Source: a virus
Direction: 5' to 3' (one strand)
IMG/VR virus record: IMGVR_UViG_3300033145_000269
Span: 1 to 12,559 of that record
DNA: 12,559 nucleotides
In this document: piece after piece, positions 6,818 to 12,559 of the stretch
Position numbering within the stretch: position 1 is the stretch's first letter
Layout of the letters: every line of letters starts with the position of its first letter
Made by a program: the position numbers and the translations under genes
Notes under the pieces: model-generated
The model's database searches: none
Seen by the model: the letters and a program-made list of their open reading frames with translations, nothing else
What the model was told of the DNA's origin: nothing

Positions 6818-7213
6818 ATGGCAAACGAAGCAACCCAAGTTGAGGGCCCATACGAGGCTCATGATTTTGAAGTAGTTGATGCAACAGCAGTTGAACAATA
6901 TACTTTAATGGGAATGTCAGATGCTCGTCACGCTTATGCTAGTTCTGGAGCTGATGACTTCGCAGGGATTGCAGCAACTGAAAAAACAGCTTCTAATGGT
7001 CAAACTCAATTAGGTCTATTTACCACAGGTACATTCCTTTTAACTGCCGCATCTGGTGCTGCAATAAGTGCAGGTGAATTGGTATCTCTATCTGGAGCTA
7101 ATTTCGTTAAAACAGCTACTGAAGCAGAAGTTGTAACTGGTCATGTTGTGGGTAAAGCCCTGGAAGATATAGCAGCAACAACCACAGGCGAAGTAAAGTT
7201 GGTGGTTAATTAA
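6818..7213 (+). CDS. Head decoration/cement-like protein (DUF2190-like), 131 aa
   Basis: FAGIAATEKTASNGQTQLGLFTTGTFLLTAASGAAISAGELVSLSG...VVGKALEDIAATTTGEVKLVV follows the two-lobed G..V...G.A...G..v.V pattern of DUF2190 proteins. Those proteins are commonly encoded immediately upstream of HK97-type capsid genes. The stop overlaps the capsid ATG. Confidence 0.55.
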   Translation: MANEATQVEGPYEAHDFEVVDATAVEQYTLMGMSDARHAYASSGADDFAGIAATEKTASNGQTQLGLFTTGTFLLTAASGAAISAGELVSLSGANFVKTATEAEVVTGHVVGKALEDIAATTTGEVKLVVN

Positions 7214-8070
7214 TGGCAGATAGACCAGGCCAAGCAGACGTAAGAGGAGAAAACATTTCTAAGGTCGTAACAGTATTAGCTCAAAAGAAATTCAGATTAA
7301 TGCCTTTACTTAAACAATTGACTTCTAGTGATATTACAGAAACTTATTACGAAGAGGATGCAACAATCCTAACAGCTGCAGGAACTAGAAACATTAAAGG
7401 TATTGGTAAATTCTCAGAGTTCCCTAGTGTAAACAGGTCTTGGGTTAAAACAAGTTCAGATCATCAAAAGTATGGTGCTGAAAGTTATATATCTATAGAA
7501 GACTTAAGACTAGGAGCTTTCAATATGCAAGCTAGAACAGTTGATGGTATAGCAGAGTCTATAACAAATGCAATAGACGAAGCAATCTACGCAGCTTTAA
7601 CAGCAGCTACAGGTACAAGTGGAGTAGTAGCAGCAGTGGCTACATGGGATAATGCAACAGCTTCAACCCAGAACCCAGTTAATGATATTCTTAGAGGAAT
7701 CCAAGCTATGGATGAGAACAACTACGATGCTTTAGAGAATGGTTTCCTATTGCTTAACCCTCATGACTATGCCTCCTTAATGCAGAACTCTAAGGTTATT
7801 AATAATCCATCATTTAAGACTGCTGATGTGGTAAGTAATGGGAGAGTAGGACAGATAGCAGGTCTTACAATAGTAAAGACTACAAGTGTTACAGATGCAG
7901 AAGCTATGATAATTATAGGTCAGAAGACAGCTCAATGGCAAAGTGCTATGGGCTTTGAGAGTGCTGTAACTGTTAAACCTGGTAAAGGTTCTATCTTTAC
8001 ATCCTGGCAAATGGGTCAAATACAAATCATACATAAAAAGGCTATCTATACGATAACGGGGACTGAATAA
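7213..8070 (+). CDS. Major capsid protein, HK97-fold, 285 aa
   Basis: KYGAESYISIEDLRLGAFNMQARTVDGIAESITNAIDEAIYAALT, then NGFLLLNPHDYASLMQ and GRVGQIAGLTIVKTTSV, match the conserved layout of HK97-family (PF05065-like) capsid proteins. The position after the scaffold and decoration genes also fits. Confidence 0.75.
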   Translation: MADRPGQADVRGENISKVVTVLAQKKFRLMPLLKQLTSSDITETYYEEDATILTAAGTRNIKGIGKFSEFPSVNRSWVKTSSDHQKYGAESYISIEDLRLGAFNMQARTVDGIAESITNAIDEAIYAALTAATGTSGVVAAVATWDNATASTQNPVNDILRGIQAMDENNYDALENGFLLLNPHDYASLMQNSKVINNPSFKTADVVSNGRVGQIAGLTIVKTTSVTDAEAMIIIGQKTAQWQSAMGFESAVTVKPGKGSIFTSWQMGQIQIIHKKAIYTITGTE

Positions 8071-8240
8071 TGGTAAACTATCAAGCTCAAGTTCTAAGAG
8101 GAGAGAAGTGGTTTCACTTAATGTCTGAAGAAGATATAGCTAAAGCAGGTGGAAGTATACCTGGAGATGTTAAAGTATATCTTGAATCTAAAGCTAAAGT
8201 AGTTGCAGAGAAAGAATCTAATTCTAAGAGGAAGAAATAA
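8070..8240 (+). CDS. Hypothetical 56-aa protein (not in ORF track)
   Basis: MVNYQAQVLRGEKWFHLMSEEDIAKAGGSIPGDVKVYLESKAKVVAEKESNSKRKK. There are TAATG stop/start overlaps at both ends (8068-8072 and 8238-8242). Confidence 0.5.
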   Translation: MVNYQAQVLRGEKWFHLMSEEDIAKAGGSIPGDVKVYLESKAKVVAEKESNSKRKK

Positions 8241-8398
8241 TGGTAGATTTAATTGGTGACAATTGCGAACCTAGTGATCTTGTTGTACCTGCAAAAGCTG
8301 TAGGTAAGGATCAGACAGGAGCAGTTATATTATCTGGTGCTAAGCTATGGGTTAATGTTGATGGTGCTGCAGGTTGGCAAGTTGTGACTTCTAGTTAA
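8240..8398 (+). CDS. Hypothetical 52-aa protein (not in ORF track)
   Basis: MVDLIGDNCEPSDLVVPAKAVGKDQTGAVILSGAKLWVNVDGAAGWQVVTSS. SD-like agaggaag lies upstream, and the start overlaps the preceding stop. Confidence 0.5.
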   Translation: MVDLIGDNCEPSDLVVPAKAVGKDQTGAVILSGAKLWVNVDGAAGWQVVTSS

Positions 8399-8407
8399 TT
8401 ATTTAAA
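8399..8407 (+). promoter_or_regulatory. A/T box (TTATTTAAA) upstream of the fibre gene
   Basis: The centre is about 26 nt upstream of the ATG at 8429. The intervening cttctttttctaatttattct lacks an SD. The match to TTTATATA is weaker than for the other three boxes. Confidence 0.35.
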
Positions 8408-8428
8408 CTTCTTTTTCTAATTTATTCT

Positions 8429-11038
8429 ATGGGTATTAATGATAGACTTATCAAAGCACGTACTGCAAAGAAACCAGACACTTCCGGCTTTCATAGACCA
8501 GAGGGTGCAGGTAACTTTGACAATATGGATGATATGAATATTGTTAATCAAGTTAATACACTCACTGGAAAAGTTGAACACATACCAACAGATAACAAAC
8601 ACATAGTAAACAAAGAATATGCTGATAGACATGACCCTTTCTGGAATGGATCGTTTAAAGAAACCTTTGATGCCTTAGTGACTTCTAATGGGACCATTGT
8701 AACTATGACTCTGACTAATGCAGATAGTGGTAACTTAACTATGCAGTTCTCAACTGGAGAGAGTACCCTATCTATGCCAGATACAATAGCTTTAACCGTT
8801 GGAAGTGATGCTAGCCCTCAAGCTAATTATATCTATATTCCTCTTAGTACAAAGGTCTTAACAAAGTCTACTTCTAACTGGCCCAATGAAGAACATATTA
8901 AGATAGGATATTTCTTAATCCAATCTGCCTCTGGTGTACAATCAGATGATGGATGTTATATCAATCAAAACTGGAACGATCATTTAGCAGGTACTAATGA
9001 TATGGGCCATGCTCAACATCTAGCAGAGGCTCTAAGACGTAGGAGTGCTAGGTATTTCTCTGGTATAGATGGGAATGGAACTGATAACTATTTAACTCCA
9101 ACAGCATCTAATGTAGAGTTTAAGTCTACGGCCGGAGTTGTATACCAACTGCACCAACATACTTTCCCTGCTGTTGATACAAGCACAAGTTCAGATGTTC
9201 ATGTTAAGAATTGGAATGGTGATTCTTTCCATCAGATAACAAATCTATTTGACATAGTGAATGATAGCACAGGTTCAGCTATATCTAATAACAAATATTT
9301 TAATTTAGTTTTCTGGGGTGTTGCTAACAAGACAGGTGAGCATGATATTATAATGGTGAACTTACCTAGTGGTTCTTATAATACTCAAGCAGGTGCAGAG
9401 TCTGACACTTCGGGCTTTGATGATTTCTCTATGCCAAGAGAATTTAATTTTGAAAGTTCTACTGGTTTCTTATTATCTCGTATGACAATACAAATGGGTA
9501 CAACATGGAGTGTGGCATCTTCTGTAGACCTTAGAGGACAGAGTCCAACTACAGCATCTGGGGGTGCATCTTCAGTAGCCACCGAGTTTCCAGATAATAC
9601 TTTCAGGATATTTGATGAGGCTGATCCAACTAAGGAGTTAGCTTTAAGTGTTGGTGGTATATCAGCGTCGACAACTAGAACTATAACTGTTCCAGATGAG
9701 AGTGGAACAATACCTTTAAAGACTGGTACTCCAATTAGTGGACAAATGGCTTCGTGGTCAAGTGAAACAACATTACAGCCAGAGGCTGAAATAACTTATG
9801 ATGGCTCTATTTTTCAAGTTGCTAATACTGCAGCAGCTGAAAGTGGGATGAGATTAAAATCTATATCTGGACAGCAAGCAGTTCTTTACTTAGATAATAC
9901 TACTGATATTTGGGCCATGTATGCGCCTGCCAGTTCTAATGATTTAAGATTTTGGAATGGTTCTGATCTGATGACTATAGACTCATCGGGAAATGTTGGA
10001 ATTGGGACGGCAAGCCCCAACACAGCTAAACTTCATGTAATAGGATCACCAACACAAATTAATTTTAATGATGCGGTAGATAAGGGTGGTTTCTTAGTTT
10101 CTTTAAATGATGACCAAGCTATAGTATCTGCAGGTGCATATTTTGATGGTGGTAATTGGAAAGCCACAGACACAACAGTTTCACAGATTGAAATGGTAGA
10201 TGGACAAATAAGATTCAGATATAAAACTGGACTTACTGCGGGGGACACTGTTAGTTGGTCTGATTCTATGAGAATTTTATCAGATGGTAAGGTTGGAATT
10301 GGAACTGTTAGCCCCTCTGCAAGATTTCATGTTAAATCTACTGGAGCAACATCACAGACATTCGGATTGTTTGAAGATAGTGCAGGAACAGATGCAGTTA
10401 AAATGTGGTCTGATGTAAACGGAGATAGTTTAATTAGTATCTACGACACAAGCGGGAATGAAGATGTTAGATTATATAGTGCAGGAAATTCTTGGTTTAG
10501 AGATACTAATCTTGGTTTGGGTACAACTGCTCCCGCTGAAAAATTAGAAATTGAGGGCGGTAACTTAAAGATGGAGAGTACCAACGACGGAAACAATGGA
10601 CTTATAAGATTTTATGATGCTAATGATGTAGAGAGCGGACAGGTTTATGCTAGTGCTAGTGATTTAAGATTGTTTAGTGCTAATGATATTATTATGACTG
10701 CTGATACTGTAGATGTAGTTGGGGCAATAGCTTCTGGGACCACAACAATAAGCGCAAGCTCTGATGCTGTAGACGTAACAGGAGTAAACACAATCTTTGT
10801 AAATACTGGATCGGGAGATGTGACTATAGGTGGTTTTACTGGTGGGATAGATGGTCAAGTAGTTCATATAATCAAAGCCCCAGACTCATCTAATAATATG
10901 ATCTTAGAATATAATGAGGCAGCAGGTACTGAAAAATTATTAAATCATGCACAAGTAGACTTAACATTTGATAAATTAGGTGGTGCTACTTATGTCTTCG
11001 GTGTTCAGTCCAAATGGTGGCAAGTAGACGGACCTTAG
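8429..11038 (+). CDS. Fibre/spike-like receptor-binding candidate, 869 aa
   Basis: It is the largest ORF and the last gene of the structural module. The C-terminal half carries three copies of the motif G-x-[VL]-G-[IL]-G-T-x-x-P-x-x-[KR]-[LF]-[HE]-[VI]: GNVGIGTASPNTAKLHV, GKVGIGTVSPSARFHV and NLGLGTTAPAEKLEI. I associate that motif with phage tail-fibre-domain proteins. Confidence 0.65.
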   Translation: MGINDRLIKARTAKKPDTSGFHRPEGAGNFDNMDDMNIVNQVNTLTGKVEHIPTDNKHIVNKEYADRHDPFWNGSFKETFDALVTSNGTIVTMTLTNADSGNLTMQFSTGESTLSMPDTIALTVGSDASPQANYIYIPLSTKVLTKSTSNWPNEEHIKIGYFLIQSASGVQSDDGCYINQNWNDHLAGTNDMGHAQHLAEALRRRSARYFSGIDGNGTDNYLTPTASNVEFKSTAGVVYQLHQHTFPAVDTSTSSDVHVKNWNGDSFHQITNLFDIVNDSTGSAISNNKYFNLVFWGVANKTGEHDIIMVNLPSGSYNTQAGAESDTSGFDDFSMPREFNFESSTGFLLSRMTIQMGTTWSVASSVDLRGQSPTTASGGASSVATEFPDNTFRIFDEADPTKELALSVGGISASTTRTITVPDESGTIPLKTGTPISGQMASWSSETTLQPEAEITYDGSIFQVANTAAAESGMRLKSISGQQAVLYLDNTTDIWAMYAPASSNDLRFWNGSDLMTIDSSGNVGIGTASPNTAKLHVIGSPTQINFNDAVDKGGFLVSLNDDQAIVSAGAYFDGGNWKATDTTVSQIEMVDGQIRFRYKTGLTAGDTVSWSDSMRILSDGKVGIGTVSPSARFHVKSTGATSQTFGLFEDSAGTDAVKMWSDVNGDSLISIYDTSGNEDVRLYSAGNSWFRDTNLGLGTTAPAEKLEIEGGNLKMESTNDGNNGLIRFYDANDVESGQVYASASDLRLFSANDIIMTADTVDVVGAIASGTTTISASSDAVDVTGVNTIFVNTGSGDVTIGGFTGGIDGQVVHIIKAPDSSNNMILEYNEAAGTEKLLNHAQVDLTFDKLGGATYVFGVQSKWWQVDGP

Positions 11039-11047
11039 TAATAATAT

Positions 11048-11063
11048 AAAAAAAAAGAAAAAA
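11048..11063 (-). terminator. Oligo-T tract (TTTTTTCTTTTTTTTT on - strand) downstream of the leftward operon
   Basis: The plus strand reads aaaaaaaaagaaaaaa, 24-39 nt beyond the stop of the 99-aa gene (11087). Oligo-T tracts act as intrinsic terminators in archaea. No convincing hairpin is present. Confidence 0.4.
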
Positions 11064-11086
11064 GGGCTTAGAATGGCTCTGTGAGC

Positions 11087-11386
11087 TTATTCTGCTAGTT
11101 CTACAGAGTATCTTGTAGCTAAACCTGTTCCAGTGCTAGTTACTTTAACAAACTTCATTTCTGGCTTAAGCTTCAACATCTTTTGAATTTCTTCAAGAAC
11201 TGTATTAGCTATTCTGAAATCGTTTGTACCAATAACAACAGCTTTATATGAGAAAGGCTTATCTTTCTTATCAATTCCCTCTCGATCTTCAACTGGTAAA
11301 CTCAAATCAAGCCTATCTAAATCTGTTACGTTAAGCGTTTTCTTAGGTTCGTAAGCTTCAGCTTCTTGTTTTAGTGTTTTTTGCAT
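11087..11386 (-). CDS. Hypothetical protein, 99 aa
   Basis: Strong SD (aaaggaggtaaagataataATG). It is the last gene of the leftward operon. No family recognised with confidence. Confidence 0.65.
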   Translation of the reverse strand: MQKTLKQEAEAYEPKKTLNVTDLDRLDLSLPVEDREGIDKKDKPFSYKAVVIGTNDFRIANTVLEEIQKMLKLKPEMKFVKVTSTGTGLATRYSVELAE

Positions 11387-11822
11387 TATTATCTTTACCT
11401 CCTTTTGGAATTATATTATGATCATTCACACTATGCTCGATGTGCGGATCTTTCTCCCTACATGTCTTACAATATATTTTAGCCTTATAGGCATCATAAT
11501 ATTGACCACAATTCCAACCTGCAGTTTTATCATCCCAACACAAAAGATTATGTATAAACTTACCACAACCCTTCGCACTATCTGTATTATCTGAACCCCT
11601 AAGGGTGTCAGAGGAGCAATCCTCTGACTTGTCATGTGCCTGTATACTAGGGTGACTATGATTTGATGGTTTGAATTCTTCACACAACCAATCTAAGAAT
11701 ATTTGACCTCTTTCCTGTACTTTTCTACCACTTATGTATATTGGATGAAATATCTCATAGTATCCACAGTTCGCACAAGATGGGTTGTCTGAACTCGTTG
11801 TATATCTTTCTATATTACTCAT
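11358..11822 (-). CDS. Cys/His-rich protein, 154 aa (zinc-binding; function unknown)
   Basis: CANCGYYEIFHP near the N-terminus, then CGKFIHNLLCWDDKTAGWNCG and CKTCREKDPHIEH. There are nine Cys including two CxxC pairs. SD ggggaggat lies upstream, and the start overlaps the upstream stop (ATGA). Confidence 0.7.
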   Translation of the reverse strand: MSNIERYTTSSDNPSCANCGYYEIFHPIYISGRKVQERGQIFLDWLCEEFKPSNHSHPSIQAHDKSEDCSSDTLRGSDNTDSAKGCGKFIHNLLCWDDKTAGWNCGQYYDAYKAKIYCKTCREKDPHIEHSVNDHNIIPKGGKDNNAKNTKTRS

Positions 11823-12025
11823 ATTAAATCCTCCCCTGCGAGTTTGTCAATTCTATTATGTATTGTAGCTATATCTTGGTAGAAATCACAATTATCTTCA
11901 ATTACAGGAATCCCCCTAAGTTCTTCTTTCAACTCTTTGATGAATTTCTTTACATGCCTTTTTCTAATAACATCTTCTTGAAGTTTTGTTTCTCCATACA
12001 TATCTATTTTATCGCTTAAACTCAT
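11819..12025 (-). CDS. Hypothetical helical protein, 68 aa
   Basis: ORF in the coupled chain, with ATGA overlaps at both ends. No family recognised. Confidence 0.6.
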   Translation of the reverse strand: MSLSDKIDMYGETKLQEDVIRKRHVKKFIKELKEELRGIPVIEDNCDFYQDIATIHNRIDKLAGEDLI

Positions 12026-12132
12026 TCTAATTCTCCAATCTTATTTATTAATCTAAGCATTACTCTTTCAAAATGGCCTGTTAGTATCTTTATCTGTTCA
12101 TTCATATATGTTTCGTATTCTCCTCTAGTCAT
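12022..12132 (-). CDS. Hypothetical 36-aa protein (not in ORF track)
   Basis: MTRGEYETYMNEQIKILTGHFERVMLRLINKIGELE. ATGA overlaps occur at both ends (12129-12132 and 12022-12025), with SD-like ggagag upstream. Confidence 0.4.
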   Translation of the reverse strand: MTRGEYETYMNEQIKILTGHFERVMLRLINKIGELE

Positions 12133-12257
12133 ATTCTCTCCATGACATTTCTAGTCTTACCACATTTATGACAATAAGCAACTTTGGGGTTTCTAAATCT
12201 AAGTGAGAAAACCCATAAATCCTCCTTATGTCCACATTTTAATTTATAGAGACTCAT
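12129..12257 (-). CDS. 42-aa zinc-ribbon-like protein (not in ORF track)
   Basis: MSLYKLKCGHKEDLWVFSLRFRNPKVAYCHKCGKTRNVMERI carries C-x-H and C-x2-C pairs 18 residues apart. Its ATG overlaps the upstream stop (ATGA at 12254-12257), with SD-like tggag upstream. Confidence 0.5.
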   Translation of the reverse strand: MSLYKLKCGHKEDLWVFSLRFRNPKVAYCHKCGKTRNVMERI

Positions 12258-12559
12258 TCTCGAACTCCATTGAAGCTAGGTATTCTGATGTGCTCGTGTA
12301 GGCCTTGTGATCCTTTACTATCTCTGATCTCGTCATGAGGGTGCATATTCATATTACATATCTCTTGACATTTCTCACAATAGAATTTGTCTAGTTCTTT
12401 ACACATATAGCCAAATTCGCACTCAGACTTACACACATCGCATTTAAGGTTAATTGCATGTTCTGGTGCATCTGACTTATTAGCACTCAATTTAAGCCTT
12501 AAAGCATCATTTGTTAATTTAGATATATTGATTGATTTAAGTTGAGCATCTTTTAACTG
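12254..12559 (-). CDS. C-terminal part of the RHH plus B-box-like zinc-finger protein (113 aa once the genome is circularised; start is the ATG at 150)
   Basis: The frame is open from 12559 down to the TGA at 12254-12256. The segment 12446-12559 duplicates 1-114. The C-terminal half reads CDVCKSECEFGYMCKELDKFYCEKCQEICNMNMHPH. The track's start at 12490 is a TTG, not an ATG. Confidence 0.7.
   Translation of the reverse strand, partial: QLKDAQLKSINISKLTNDALRLKLSANKSDAPEHAINLKCDVCKSECEFGYMCKELDKFYCEKCQEICNMNMHPHDEIRDSKGSQGLHEHIRIPSFNGVRE
12446..12559. repeat. Terminal direct repeat, right copy (identical to 1..114)
   Basis: Exact 114/114 identity with the window start. Confidence 0.97.

Noticed and set aside
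7810-8034. 74-aa minus-strand ORF inside the capsid gene
   Set aside because: It is antisense to a confidently called HK97-type capsid gene, and its translation is rich in Cys, Tyr and Leu in a way typical of spurious antisense ORFs.
8417-8632. 71-aa minus-strand ORF over the fibre gene start
   Set aside because: It is antisense to the fibre gene and its promoter region, with no coding signals.
9385-9582. 65-aa minus-strand ORF inside the fibre gene
   Set aside because: Antisense shadow ORF.
10033-10248. 71-aa minus-strand ORF inside the fibre gene
   Set aside because: Antisense shadow ORF.
10664-10867. 67-aa minus-strand ORF inside the fibre gene
   Set aside because: Antisense shadow ORF.
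11426-11683. 85-aa ORF on the minus strand in an alternative frame within the 154-aa gene
   Set aside because: It is entirely nested in the longer Cys/His-rich ORF, which has an SD and start/stop coupling. The nested frame has neither.
12488-12490. TTG used as the start of the 78-aa track ORF
   Set aside because: The frame stays open to the window end. After circularisation it reaches an ATG at 150, which has a TATA-like box at the expected distance. The TTG start is an artefact of the window break.
1-12559. Search for tRNA, rRNA, CRISPR arrays, integrase or attachment sites, transposase or defence systems
   Set aside because: By eye I found no cloverleaf-compatible segment with a T-loop consensus, no regularly spaced repeat array, and no ORF with recombinase, transposase or defence-type motifs. 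A tRNAscan or Infernal run would be needed to exclude small RNAs formally.

Overview
The first 114 bases are identical to the last 114 (1..114 = 12446..12559), so the window is one complete, self-overlapping replicon with 12,445 bp of unique sequence. It is AT-rich and reads as a miniature head-tail-type (HK97-lineage) dsDNA virus or virus-like element. A tightly packed rightward module (about 1007..11038, + strand) encodes a large terminase, portal, coiled-coil or scaffold-like proteins, a DUF2190-like decoration protein, an HK97-fold major capsid protein and one 869-aa fibre-like protein. A short leftward module (11087..12559 continuing into 1..150, - strand) encodes small, mostly Cys/His-rich proteins. 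Its first gene is a ribbon-helix-helix plus zinc-finger protein that spans the artificial window break. Between the two divergent modules lies about 860 bp with no ORF (151..1006), dense in repeats, palindromes and TATA-like boxes. I could not recognise a DNA polymerase, primase, helicase, Rep, integrase, small terminase, tail tube, sheath, tape measure or lysis gene, nor any tRNA, rRNA or CRISPR array. Four operon-first ATGs lack a Shine-Dalgarno (SD) sequence and sit about 26 nt downstream of the centre of a TTTATATA-like box, whereas internal cistrons have GGAGG-like sites and overlapping stop/start codons. That pattern, together with the zinc-finger and RHH gene content, suggests an archaeal host, but this is inference. 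Seven plausible ORFs shorter than 60 aa are missing from the supplied track. All protein-family calls come from reading motifs by eye, not from searches.
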